From Candidatus Saccharimonadota bacterium (GTDB lineage: Bacteria; Patescibacteriota; Gracilibacteria; UBA4473), in assembly GCA_965228485.1 (NCBI GenBank), contig OZ245819.1, positions 720,001 to 752,000 of the forward strand: a stretch of DNA of 32,000 bases, written 5' to 3'. This document shows, one piece after another, positions 1-8,772 of the stretch. The translations under genes were made by a program, and so were the position numbers. The stretch's first letter is position 1. Every line of letters starts with the position of its first letter. Under the pieces are notes generated by a model. It saw nothing but the letters and a program-made list of their open reading frames with translations, did not search any database and was not told where the DNA came from.

Positions 1-1
1 C

Positions 2-928
2 CCCGCAACTCTAGAAGTCCTAAAAAACTATTCACAAGAATATCAACTGTCATTATTCGAAGTTCTTGGATACATCGATGACATTAACGAACTTTCTAAA
101 AGCAAAAAACTCGCCCTTCGGAATTTTCGAGATCAAATAAAAGACCTCAAACAGGTGGCCCAGGAAAAACCTATTTCTTTTTTACTCGATGAACTGATCG
201 AAAAAATTCAGTTTTTCAAATGGCTTGATGACGGAACTAATGAAGGAGAGGCACGGATTCAGAATGTGAGAGAATTATTCTCCGTTGCAGGAAGATACGA
301 TATGGCCGAAGACAGTTTAGCCGCCTTTCTTGAAGGAGTAGCTCTCATCTCTGACGTGGATCAAATGCAAAACCAAGAAACCGTCACACTCATGACGGTC
401 CATGCCTCAAAAGGACTGGAGTTTGAAAATGTATTCCTCCCTGGTTGGGAAGAAAACATTTTCCCTTCAAGTAGTAGTCAGTTTTCCAATGAACAACTTG
501 AAGAAGAACGACGGCTCGCTTACGTAGCCATCACCAGAGCCGAGAAACGTTGCTTCATTAGCCACGCAAAACAGCGAATGCTTTTTGGGCAAAGAGACTT
601 TACCGCTCCCTCTAAATTCTTATCAGAATTAGACAAGGAGTGCATTGAAAGAAATGAATCTATCGAACAAAACCTAGCCTTTGGCTCAACAAGAAGAACC
701 GTCAATTTTGATCATCCACTGCTTCAAAGAGCTCCTAAGAATAAAAAGGAAGCCGTCTTTGGTGTTGCTGACAATGAAACCAAATACAAAACTGGAGATA
801 AGATTAAACATGCAGAGTTTGGCGAAGGGACCATTCTCATGATTGCCGGTGATGTAATCTCTGCCGCCTTCAAAGGTCACGGTGTAAAAAAGATTGTCGC
901 GTCTATTGCTCCCATTGAGAAGATTTAA
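2..928 (+). CDS. pcrA: ATP-dependent DNA helicase, UvrD/PcrA family, C-terminal part (5' end lies outside the window)
   Basis: The frame is open from nt 2, with no stop before the listed start at 155, so the gene is cut by the window edge. Motifs: TLMTVHASKGLEFENVFLPG and RRLAYVAITRAEKR (helicase motifs V/VI), plus a C-terminal HAEFGEGTI tail typical of PcrA. Confidence 0.85.
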   Translation, partial: PATLEVLKNYSQEYQLSLFEVLGYIDDINELSKSKKLALRNFRDQIKDLKQVAQEKPISFLLDELIEKIQFFKWLDDGTNEGEARIQNVRELFSVAGRYDMAEDSLAAFLEGVALISDVDQMQNQETVTLMTVHASKGLEFENVFLPGWEENIFPSSSSQFSNEQLEEERRLAYVAITRAEKRCFISHAKQRMLFGQRDFTAPSKFLSELDKECIERNESIEQNLAFGSTRRTVNFDHPLLQRAPKNKKEAVFGVADNETKYKTGDKIKHAEFGEGTILMIAGDVISAAFKGHGVKKIVASIAPIEKI

Positions 929-2325
929 GCTTCTTTAAGTTCTCGAACGGTTACACCAAGCTCTTCCAAAACCGATTTAAGCGTTCCTCTCTTCATATCT
1001 TTATTTTTATGAATTGGAACTGGCACGTTCACCCCTACCTTTCGAGAGACGTATACATGGTGTGAGCCTTCAATACGAATGGGACTTCCTAAGATTCTAT
1101 TAAGCTTTCTTTTGAGAGTATTTCCCCCTATGGCTCCTAGGGAGCTCAAAGGGATATCTTTCGATTTTTCCAAATCCACAACAGGATCAACAGCCTCTCC
1201 CGTGTCTACTACAACTTGATTTTCTGGAGAAAGATCAAGATATTCTTCATCCTCAAGAGATTCTAGATGTTGGACAAGTGCGGTAAAAATAGCTTTCTCC
1301 AGGGCGTCTCTAAGGTCTGCTCCTTTTTCTGCATGGAAAGCCTCTCGAAGGTTGTATCGCCCCTTATTAAGAACCACCTTCCCATTACGATAAACATCAA
1401 ACATATAACGGCCTTCATCTCCAGGTAAAGCAACTTCTACAAAAGCCAGAAAAAAGGCTTCGGAAGCAGTTCTTCTATGATCTTCAAAAATATGAGCCCC
1501 CTCAACCTGAACCTCCACCCCTCCTACCTGAAACTTTGCGGCCTTCACCGTTCTCGTGTCCCCTAAATCAACGGCTCTTGACCTTAGCTCTGACAACGAT
1601 TTCCGAGAAGGTGAAGAGGTATTTAGCAAGGCCGACTGGAAATCGGCACTTCTTAAAAGTTTAATAAAATTTAGCTTCTCAGCAAAGTCACTCATGCCTC
1701 GGTTAACCAATGAAGTTGATTCCGCCCCTTGAGAATCTGCTTCGTTCTCTGTTGCAAAACTTAGTGCCATTATTTTTTCGCTAAAGACGCGTTCTTTACC
1801 ATTTCTTACGGCTGCATCCGCAAGCCTCTCTAGGAAATTTGCATTAAAGTAACGATAAGCATGGAGTATCAAAATAGTTCTGATCATTCCATCCTGGAGC
1901 TCAAAACTATTACTCAGGACCGCAAAGTCATTCATTACCGAAAAAGAGAGTGAAGCTTTGTATGGGTTTGCTTCATCTTGAGAAAAATCCTCTGTGTCTA
2001 CAATAGCTCGAAGGTAAAAATCATCACCTGCCGATTCAAACATGCAATCAACGGCTTGCTCAATTTCATCAAATAGTCTGTAAAGCACTGGCTGAAAACG
2101 GACTATTTTCATTACCCCCTCAAAACTGATTCCTCCAGATTGAAGAAGGTCATCATAAAATTTAATTTCTTCATCCTCAAATATAACATTTAACAAAAGC
2201 TCCAGAGAATCAGGAGAAAAATATTCACCAACCCTCTTATAAAAAGGGGTCTCTCTAAGTGCCTCCAACGACATTCTTTCACATCTTATAGTCTTCAGCT
2301 TCAGCTCCTGATCAACATCTCCCAT
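925..2325 (-). CDS. Hypothetical 466-aa protein with a C-terminal HicA-like (YcfA) domain
   Basis: Long uninterrupted ORF convergent with pcrA; the two stop codons overlap in TTAA at 925-928. I recognise no family for the N-terminal ~400 aa. The C-terminus matches the HicA pattern (next feature). Confidence 0.6.
   Translation of the reverse strand: MGDVDQELKLKTIRCERMSLEALRETPFYKRVGEYFSPDSLELLLNVIFEDEEIKFYDDLLQSGGISFEGVMKIVRFQPVLYRLFDEIEQAVDCMFESAGDDFYLRAIVDTEDFSQDEANPYKASLSFSVMNDFAVLSNSFELQDGMIRTILILHAYRYFNANFLERLADAAVRNGKERVFSEKIMALSFATENEADSQGAESTSLVNRGMSDFAEKLNFIKLLRSADFQSALLNTSSPSRKSLSELRSRAVDLGDTRTVKAAKFQVGGVEVQVEGAHIFEDHRRTASEAFFLAFVEVALPGDEGRYMFDVYRNGKVVLNKGRYNLREAFHAEKGADLRDALEKAIFTALVQHLESLEDEEYLDLSPENQVVVDTGEAVDPVVDLEKSKDIPLSSLGAIGGNTLKRKLNRILGSPIRIEGSHHVYVSRKVGVNVPVPIHKNKDMKRGTLKSVLEELGVTVRELKEA
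928..1122 (-). other. HicA-toxin-like domain (last ~65 aa of the 466-aa ORF)
   Basis: LKRKLNRILGSPIRIEGSHHVYVSRKVGVNVPVPIHKNKDMKRGTLKSVLEELGV follows the HicA/YcfA signature: GSHH, then a hydrophobic strand, then P-x-H, then (K/R)GTL-x-S-(I/V)L-x-x-x-G. Confidence 0.6.
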
Positions 2326-2369
2326 AAACTTCTTTTAAGCTATTTTAAAGAAAAGTCAATCCCCCAAAA

Positions 2370-2906
2370 CTAAGACTGTTCCTTGATCATCATAACTCGC
2401 CCTCCTCCTTGGCGACCTCGACGAATATCTTGAGTGGCAGGCAAAAGCCTTTCTATAACCATTTCTTTTCTGCGTGGACTACTAATTCCCCACATAGAAA
2501 TCTTTTTATTCAGTGTTGGGGCATGGAAATAGAGCGTTCCAAAATTAAAAATTCTTCCAAAAAATCCTTGTTCAAGATCAATTGATTCTATATTTCGAAT
2601 TGCAAACACCCACTGGTGTTTTAAAAACACCCCTCTATTGGTGAGGATTCGATCCTCCTTCACTATATAATAATGATTATGCCAGCGTATTGCGGCATAA
2701 AAAAGAGCCAAAAGTTCTAGTAAATTAATCCAGGCAAAGGCTCTAAACTTTGTTTCGATTGATTCCCCTTCATCAAAAAAGATCAGCCATACTACACAGA
2801 GTAAGAAGAAAAATAAATGAACGAAAATCATTCTCATTCCCAAAAGAAGTTTTGATTGTCGAACAATCATTACCGGCTTTAGCTCATAGCCTTCTTCAGC
2901 CATCAT
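2370..2906 (-). CDS. Membrane protein with a bacterial PH domain (bPH_2/YdbS-YdbT-like)
   Basis: Two N-terminal hydrophobic helices are followed by YYIVKEDRILTNRGVFLKHQWVFAIRNIESIDLEQGFFGRIFNFGTLYF, the typical membrane-flanked PH (DUF304) pattern. Confidence 0.6.
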   Translation of the reverse strand: MMAEEGYELKPVMIVRQSKLLLGMRMIFVHLFFFLLCVVWLIFFDEGESIETKFRAFAWINLLELLALFYAAIRWHNHYYIVKEDRILTNRGVFLKHQWVFAIRNIESIDLEQGFFGRIFNFGTLYFHAPTLNKKISMWGISSPRRKEMVIERLLPATQDIRRGRQGGGRVMMIKEQS

Positions 2907-2963
2907 AATTAATTGTTGTTAGGGTATTTCTTTTTGTAACACGAAATTCACCTAAAAACAAAA

Positions 2964-4643
2964 TTATTTCCCCCACATCACTTCATCATACTCCTCGATA
3001 ACCCGATGAGTATTAAAATGACTGACTAAAGAGATTGAGGCTTTACATCGATTCAACCATTCATCTGGCTTGTTGTAGTAGATATCTACAGCCTTCTCTA
3101 GTTGTTTGTAAAGTTCGTCCGATTGACGATCATCTCTTTCATCATCACTCCAGATTGGATCAACATCCGCTCCAAATCCCCAACCAGATTTTGGTTTCAT
3201 TCGTAGACCTTCGATCCACCAACCATCAAACACAGATAGATTTTGAACACCATTTAAAGCTGCTTTCATCCCACTCGTCCCACTCGCCTCTCTAGGAGGA
3301 ATTGGGTTATTAAGCCAAATATTGGCTCCACTCACCAGCTTCTCCGAAATCTCAATATTATAGTCTGGGATAACCGCAATTTTTATATCTCCCCGCAGAT
3401 CATAAGCATAACTTCTAAGTGTCTCTTTTCGGTTAGTACAGAAATGATCATCTGGATGACAGTGCCCTGCAAAAACAAATTGGATTTTTTTCCCTCCAAT
3501 TTTCCGAAGTCTCTCCAGATCTCTAAAAATCAATAATGGCCTTTTATAAGGCACAAACCGACGCGCAAAAACAATCGTCAATCGATCAGGATCCAATAAA
3601 TCAGATTTTTTGAAATCTTCCTCAAAATGGAAAAATCCTGGATTATCATTTACCCAATCAACCAAAGCGACTTTATTTTTTTCTCTCATAGATTTGAGCG
3701 CCTTGTCAGGAATTTTTTGATTTGCCTGACTCAGTACTTCTGGCTCAGTTCTCCATTTTGGAAGATATTTATCTAAAAGCTCTTTTGTCGCTGAACTTGC
3801 CCAACGAACATGATGAACCCCATTTGTAATACCTTCAAAACTATGTCCTGGAAACATATCAAAACACACCAACTGATGTTTTTTTGACACCCCATTAGTC
3901 TTGTCACTTAAATTTAGAGCTAAATCGGTCATACTCAATTGAGAGTCTGTAGCCAGTTCTCGAATATGCCAAGGGATCTGATCTCCCAAGACTTTATAGG
4001 CTAAATCATAATCAAATCTGTCGTGTCCCGCTGGGACAGGCGTATGAGTGGTAAAACGCACCATTTTTTTCACCGCTTCATTATTCCAGTTATTCAGCCT
4101 TAGTAACTCAAGGGTTGCAAAAGCCGCATGACCTTCATTTAAATGATAAACCTCAATACTATCAAACCCTAAGGCTTTAAGCATTTTCACCCCCCCTATT
4201 CCAAGAATTGCTTCCTGAGCACAACGAGTGTAACCATTCGAAGAATAAAGATGTTTGGTAATATCACGATCCCAGGGTTCGTTATCCCCAGAAAAAGTTG
4301 TTAAGAAAATAATCGGAGCGGTTTTTCCATCTGGAGTAATCAGGTCATGTCGATAAGCTCCCACCGTAACTTCACGTCCCTCAATGGTTACCTTCACAGT
4401 CTGAGGCAGACGCTTCATATAAAACTCTGGATGGAATTTTTTTGTCGGGTCTTCGTCCTGATGATAGATCAAACCAACCCCAACTGCTGGATAATCTAGA
4501 TCAGCGATTGAGTACATCATATCCGCTGCCAAAACGCCAAGTCCTCCCGCGTAATTAGGGATATTGGCATTAAGTGCGAATTCCATAGAAAAGTAAGCCA
4601 CTTTAGGCTTCCCCGGAGTTCTAAATTTCTGAAAAAACGACAT
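2964..4643 (-). CDS. glgP: Alpha-glucan (glycogen/maltodextrin) phosphorylase, GT35 short form
   Basis: Motifs AYFSMEFAL..IPNYAGGLGVLAADM near the N-terminus and EASGTSGMKAALNGVQNLSVFDGWW (PLP-lysine region). I place the start at the ATG at 4643 (MSFFQKF); the track ORF extends to 4703. Confidence 0.85.
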   Translation of the reverse strand: MSFFQKFRTPGKPKVAYFSMEFALNANIPNYAGGLGVLAADMMYSIADLDYPAVGVGLIYHQDEDPTKKFHPEFYMKRLPQTVKVTIEGREVTVGAYRHDLITPDGKTAPIIFLTTFSGDNEPWDRDITKHLYSSNGYTRCAQEAILGIGGVKMLKALGFDSIEVYHLNEGHAAFATLELLRLNNWNNEAVKKMVRFTTHTPVPAGHDRFDYDLAYKVLGDQIPWHIRELATDSQLSMTDLALNLSDKTNGVSKKHQLVCFDMFPGHSFEGITNGVHHVRWASSATKELLDKYLPKWRTEPEVLSQANQKIPDKALKSMREKNKVALVDWVNDNPGFFHFEEDFKKSDLLDPDRLTIVFARRFVPYKRPLLIFRDLERLRKIGGKKIQFVFAGHCHPDDHFCTNRKETLRSYAYDLRGDIKIAVIPDYNIEISEKLVSGANIWLNNPIPPREASGTSGMKAALNGVQNLSVFDGWWIEGLRMKPKSGWGFGADVDPIWSDDERDDRQSDELYKQLEKAVDIYYNKPDEWLNRCKASISLVSHFNTHRVIEEYDEVMWGK

Positions 4644-4726
4644 GTTTTTTTTAGTTTTTATTTTTTCGAACATAATTCTAAAGGGTAACAGAGAAATAAC
4701 CAAAACTATTCTTTGTATTATTTATT

Positions 4727-4754
4727 TTGACAGCCCAAAAATTTTTTTTATGAT
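4727..4754 (+). promoter_or_regulatory. Sigma-70-type promoter candidate for tRNA-Ile
   Basis: TTGACA (4727-4732), a 16-nt spacer, then TATGAT (4749-4754), about 22 nt upstream of the tRNA 5' end. Confidence 0.45.
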
Positions 4755-4775
4755 CTCCAGGCTGTTCACGCAAAC

Positions 4776-4852
<77 letters not shown>

Positions 4853-4860
4853 GGAAAACT

Positions 4861-4888
4861 TCACCACAAATCACTGGTGATTTTTTTT
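4861..4888 (+). terminator. Rho-independent terminator after tRNA-Ile
   Basis: Stem TCACCA (4861-4866) pairs with TGGTGA (4875-4880), with an 8-nt loop, followed by T8 (4881-4888). Confidence 0.6.
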
Positions 4889-4898
4889 ACTTTGCAAA

Positions 4899-4915
4899 AT
4901 ACCTCTAGGGGGTAT
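4899..4915 (+). promoter_or_regulatory. CsoR-family-type operator candidate overlapping a promoter
   Basis: ATACC-TCTAGGG-GGTAT is a pseudo-palindrome with a G-tract, like the TACC-N-GGGGTA operators of CsoR-family repressors. It sits between TTGCAA (4892-4897) and TATGAT (4913-4918), a 15-nt spacer. The ATG at 4925 lies 7 nt after the -10, so the mRNA may be leaderless. Confidence 0.45.
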
Positions 4916-4924
4916 GATGAAAAT

Positions 4925-5158
4925 ATGAAAAGAAAAATCATCAATCGCCTCAAAAGAAACAAAGGACAAATAGAAGCCCTTATAAAATTAATCGAATCAG
5001 AAGAAGATTGTGAAAAAATCCTTATACAATTTCAGGCCTCTCAATCCGCCCTTGATGGAGCTTTTAGATGTTTCTTAGAAACCAATATCACCAAATGTCT
5101 CCAAACGGGCGATGAAGAAAAACTTCAAAAATTATTACCACTAATTATTAAAAAATAA
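4925..5158 (+). CDS. CsoR/RcnR/FrmR-family (DUF156) metal- or thiol-sensing transcriptional repressor
   Basis: RLKRNKGQIEALIKLIE..EDCEKILIQFQASQSALDGAF..FLETNITKCL matches the family pattern RL-R-x-GQ...DC...L-Q...A...C. I moved the start to the ATG at 4925 because the track ORF start at 4838 overlaps the tRNA. Confidence 0.8.
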   Translation: MKRKIINRLKRNKGQIEALIKLIESEEDCEKILIQFQASQSALDGAFRCFLETNITKCLQTGDEEKLQKLLPLIIKK

Positions 5159-5730
5159 TGGAAAATTTAAAAAAAATTGGATTTTTTCAGTATGGAAAGG
5201 TTATTCCAGGACTGGAAATCAATGGGAAACCAGCCCCCTATCCAGTACTGAATGAAAGAGCCGTAAGAGCTGGGGCAGGAATCATGTTTGTTCTCGGAGC
5301 CACCGCTTTCAGTCTGGCCTTCTTGGAACAAGATTTTACCATGCTAAAAATAGTAGTCGTGATTTTCTTCATCGATTTCTTCACAAAGGTAATTGTCGGA
5401 ACAAAGTTTTCGATTGTTTCCAATATTGCGAACTTCATCGTACAAAAACAAAAACCCGAATATGTCGGGGCCATTCAAAAAAGATTTGCCTGGAGCATCG
5501 GGCTAACCATGGCAACTTTAATGATTTTACTTCTTTACGTTTTCGAAGTTCGTGGACCCATCAATTTGGCCGTGTGCCTTATCTGCTTAACCTTCATGTG
5601 GTTTGAGACAAGCTTTGGTATTTGTGTTGGATGTAAAATCTACTACGGCCTCATGAAAATTGGGCTCATCAAAGAACCAGAAATAAAACCCGCTTGCCCT
5701 GGTGGAGCTTGCCCAATTAAAAGACCGTAA
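5158..5730 (+). CDS. DUF4395-family membrane protein
   Basis: YPVLNERAVRAGAGIMF..., KRFAWSIG, and the C-terminal FGICVGCKIYYGL followed by CPGGACP. The start overlaps the upstream stop (TAATG), indicating translational coupling. Confidence 0.7.
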   Translation: MENLKKIGFFQYGKVIPGLEINGKPAPYPVLNERAVRAGAGIMFVLGATAFSLAFLEQDFTMLKIVVVIFFIDFFTKVIVGTKFSIVSNIANFIVQKQKPEYVGAIQKRFAWSIGLTMATLMILLLYVFEVRGPINLAVCLICLTFMWFETSFGICVGCKIYYGLMKIGLIKEPEIKPACPGGACPIKRP

Positions 5731-5785
5731 TCAAAACAACAACAATCACTCGACGAGGGAACCTTTACTTATTAGACTACTCAAG

Positions 5786-6712
5786 ATGGAAAAACAAAAA
5801 TGTATCATTCTCGGTTCTGGACCAGCTGGACTCACAGCTGCTATATATGCTGCACGAGCAGACCTTAAACCTTTAGTTTTTGAAGGAAGTGCTCCTGGTG
5901 GACAACTCATGGGAACCACTGAAGTGGAAAACTTCCCAGGATTTTCAAAAGGAATCATGGGACCACAACTCATACATGAAATGAGAGAGCAGGCAAAACG
6001 ATTTGGTGCAGAAACACTTATGAAAAACATTGATAAAGTAGATTTCTCTGATCCAGAAAGTCTAAAACTTTGGGTCGGCAAAGAATGCTTTGAAACTGAC
6101 ACTGTTATCCTTGCCACGGGAGCCTCTGCTCGATGGCTCAACCTTGGACAAGGAGAAGAAAAGTATTGGGGAAAAGGATATACCGCCTGTGCCACTTGTG
6201 ACGCCGCTTTCTTCCGAGAAAAAACTGTAGCAGTGGTTGGAGGTGGAGACTCTGCCTGTGAAGAAGCAATGTTCCTCACTAAATTTGCAAAAAAGGTATA
6301 TCTCATTCACCGAAGGGATGAACTTAGAGCCAGTAAACCAATGCAAAAACGAGTTTTAGAGCACGAAAAAATTGAAGTTATCTGGAATCAAAACGTAACT
6401 GAACTTCGAGGAGAACCGGTTCTAAAATCAGTAGAATTGACCGAAACAAATACTGATCAAACTTCTGCGCTAGAAATCGATGGACTCTTTATGGGTATTG
6501 GACATGATCCAAATACAAAATTCCTAGAAGGGCAAATCAACCTGACTCCACAAGGATACATCGATGTTACCAACCATACGCGAACAAATATCGAATCAGT
6601 TTTTGTTGCTGGAGATGTGGCTGATCACCACTACCAACAAGCCATTACTGCCGCGGGAGCGGGCTGTATGGCGGCGATTGATGTAGAACGGTTTTTGGCA
6701 GAAAAAGAATAG
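5786..6712 (+). CDS. trxB: Thioredoxin-disulfide reductase
   Basis: GSGPAGLTAAIYAARA (FAD-binding), the redox-active CATCDAAFF, VVGGGDSACEEA (NADPH-binding) and FVAGDVAD. Start placed at the ATG at 5786 (MEKQKCIILG). Confidence 0.92.
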   Translation: MEKQKCIILGSGPAGLTAAIYAARADLKPLVFEGSAPGGQLMGTTEVENFPGFSKGIMGPQLIHEMREQAKRFGAETLMKNIDKVDFSDPESLKLWVGKECFETDTVILATGASARWLNLGQGEEKYWGKGYTACATCDAAFFREKTVAVVGGGDSACEEAMFLTKFAKKVYLIHRRDELRASKPMQKRVLEHEKIEVIWNQNVTELRGEPVLKSVELTETNTDQTSALEIDGLFMGIGHDPNTKFLEGQINLTPQGYIDVTNHTRTNIESVFVAGDVADHHYQQAITAAGAGCMAAIDVERFLAEKE

Positions 6713-6717
6713 TCAGG

Positions 6718-7125
6718 CTATTCTGACTTACAATAACGATCCAAGAATTGAGAAAGAATGACTGAGTAATAAGGACTAGAATAATCTTTCTCCTCTTGTA
6801 TTCCATCAGCCCCTTCATCAAATACATAATCAAAAACTGTTTCCGAAGAAGGTTCTTCAGCAGGAAAATACCTTTGAATTTCAAAAAAACTTCGTTCAGG
6901 AGTATCTAAAAAAGCTACTTTAATTCCAATACTTCCGCCATCTTTCTGTGGATAGAATACAAAAGCACCATCTTCCTCCTGTCTAACAGATAAGTTAACC
7001 GTAACACACTGCTTTACCGCGGCTATTTGTGACACAATTTCATCTCTTCTCGCCTCTGCTACCGAAGGTTCTACAATTCCTAAAATCAAAGTTCCAATTG
7101 CTAACCGCTCTTTCATCTTGTCCAT
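6718..7125 (-). CDS. Hypothetical protein (135 aa)
   Basis: The only long ORF in the trxB-murC gap, with no recognisable motif. A 7-bp hairpin (6706-6724) spans both convergent stop codons. Confidence 0.4.
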   Translation of the reverse strand: MDKMKERLAIGTLILGIVEPSVAEARRDEIVSQIAAVKQCVTVNLSVRQEEDGAFVFYPQKDGGSIGIKVAFLDTPERSFFEIQRYFPAEEPSSETVFDYVFDEGADGIQEEKDYSSPYYSVILSQFLDRYCKSE

Positions 7126-7210
7126 TAAATAAAAATTAAAATATAAAATAAAAAAGTCAACAAAATGATAACTAGATTTATCAATAATTTTTAAGTATAG
7201 ATACTAAACA

Positions 7211-8476
7211 ATGAACATTCACTTTGTAGGTATTGGAGGAATCGGAATTTCTGCTCTAGCACAATTTTGTTTCCACCGTGGAGACCATGTTTCTGGGTCT
7301 AATCTTGGAAGCAATCGAGTTTTTGAAATGCTTCTCAACGAGGGCATAACCAGCCTTTATGATGTCCACGACAAACACAATCTTCCAACAGATCTCGATC
7401 TATTGGTCTACTCGGAAGCTATCCCAGAAAATAACCCAGAAAGGCTCGAAGCAAAAGCTCGAGGCATTAAAGAAAAAAGCTACTTTGAGTTTCTAGGGGA
7501 TATTTCCCACGAATTTACCACCATTGCCGTAGCCGGAACCCACGGAAAAACCACAACGACGGGACTCATTGCTACAGGATTTCAGGCCTCAGAGTTTGAT
7601 GCGACGATTTTTGTCGGATCAACATTAGAAAGCTTAGGCGGAAAAAATTTCCATCAAGGTTCTAATAAATTTTTACTTTTAGAGGCCTGTGAATATCGAG
7701 AAAACTTTCGTTTCCTCAAACCGGACATTCTGCTTATTACCAATATAGAATGGGATCATGCCGACTACTTCAAAAGTGAAGAACAGTACCTTGAAGCTTT
7801 TAAAAACCTGGCTCAAAAATCAAAAAACATATGCTTCCACCAGAATGATGAAGCCACTCGTACTTTGCTGGAAGACATCCATGCAAATAAAGTTCCAATT
7901 CCTGAGCAAAGTGCCAACTCATGGGAGTATCTATTAAAGATTTTTGGATCAGCAAACCAGCAGAATGCTACCCTCGCTCTTGGACTGGCTCACATGCTCG
8001 AGATTAATACTGATAGATTCAAAGAAGGTCTCGGGCAATATGTAGGAGCTGGACGTCGCCAGGAATTCTTAGGAACTAAAAATGAGCTACAAGTATTTGA
8101 CGATTATGGCCACCATCCAACAGAAATAAAAGTCACCATTGAAGCCTTTAGACAAAGGTTCCCGGATAAGCGTATCGGACTTATTTTTGAGCCGCATCAA
8201 TATTCACGAACCCGTCAGTTCTTTGATGAATTTCTTGAAAGTTTTTCTGCTCCAGACTTTATGGGGTTGTTTCCAATTTATGAAGCTCGAGATACCGCAG
8301 AAGACAAAGCCGCTGTTTCGATTGAAGATTTTATCAAAATAAATCCTGAAATAGAAAAAATAGAAATCCTCAATGAGGTTGATAATTTTTGCAAAAAGCT
8401 AGAACCTGGTGACATTCTCCTTTTTATGGGAGCAGGGAAAATCTCTGACTTTGCTCATAAATATCTTTCACAATGA
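7211..8476 (+). CDS. murC: UDP-N-acetylmuramate--L-alanine ligase
   Basis: IHFVGIGGIGISALA, AVAGTHGKTTTTGLIA (P-loop), DDYGHHPTEI and a Mur ligase C-terminal domain. Confidence 0.92.
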   Translation: MNIHFVGIGGIGISALAQFCFHRGDHVSGSNLGSNRVFEMLLNEGITSLYDVHDKHNLPTDLDLLVYSEAIPENNPERLEAKARGIKEKSYFEFLGDISHEFTTIAVAGTHGKTTTTGLIATGFQASEFDATIFVGSTLESLGGKNFHQGSNKFLLLEACEYRENFRFLKPDILLITNIEWDHADYFKSEEQYLEAFKNLAQKSKNICFHQNDEATRTLLEDIHANKVPIPEQSANSWEYLLKIFGSANQQNATLALGLAHMLEINTDRFKEGLGQYVGAGRRQEFLGTKNELQVFDDYGHHPTEIKVTIEAFRQRFPDKRIGLIFEPHQYSRTRQFFDEFLESFSAPDFMGLFPIYEARDTAEDKAAVSIEDFIKINPEIEKIEILNEVDNFCKKLEPGDILLFMGAGKISDFAHKYLSQ

Positions 8477-8772
8477 AACACACACCTAAAGTTCGACGGC
8501 TAGAAAACCCTGAGTTCCCAAAATGGGAAAATCCGACTACGGGAGCAGGATTTATCTTTGGAGCTATTTTATGGATACTAATGATTATTGGATTCTTATT
8601 CTTGGCCTATATCCAAGTTTTTTCATTTAATGTTCAATACCTTCTCTCTTTAATTAAACCTAAAAATTACATTATCCCTTTCTGGTTTTCTCTACTATGT
8701 GTAATTTTCCTCTTTCCAGTAACTTTAGGAATCATTTTAATGGGAACTTTTATTAGAATTATCAAAGACTAA
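8473..8772 (+). CDS. Small membrane protein (99 aa, 2-3 predicted TM helices)
   Basis: ATGA start/stop overlap with murC; hydrophobic helices; no family recognised. Confidence 0.45.
   Translation: MKHTPKVRRLENPEFPKWENPTTGAGFIFGAILWILMIIGFLFLAYIQVFSFNVQYLLSLIKPKNYIIPFWFSLLCVIFLFPVTLGIILMGTFIRIIKD

Noticed and set aside
5746-6306. Long antisense ORFs in the track, including 5746-6306, 6062-6346, 13264-13662, 15272-15745, 18480-18824, 23836-24239 and 26424-26678.
   Set aside because: They lie opposite well-supported genes (trxB, the rhomboid-like ORF, the VirD4-like gene, SLH-CAP, pilT, metK), have no recognisable motifs and show low-complexity or odd composition. They are shadow ORFs.
6706-6724. 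A 7-bp hairpin, AGAATAG/CTATTCT, spanning the convergent stop codons of trxB and the 135-aa ORF, as a possible bidirectional terminator.
   Set aside because: The stem is short and AT-rich with no flanking T-runs. It is noted in the feature evidence but not called as a terminator.
8473-8476. Possibility of an alternative genetic code (UGA recoded, as in Gracilibacteria/Absconditabacteria).
   Set aside because: TGA terminates well-conserved genes at the expected C-termini (e.g. murC ...KYLSQ-TGA with an ATGA overlap to the next ORF). Conserved genes show no in-frame TGA interruptions, so the standard code 11 fits.
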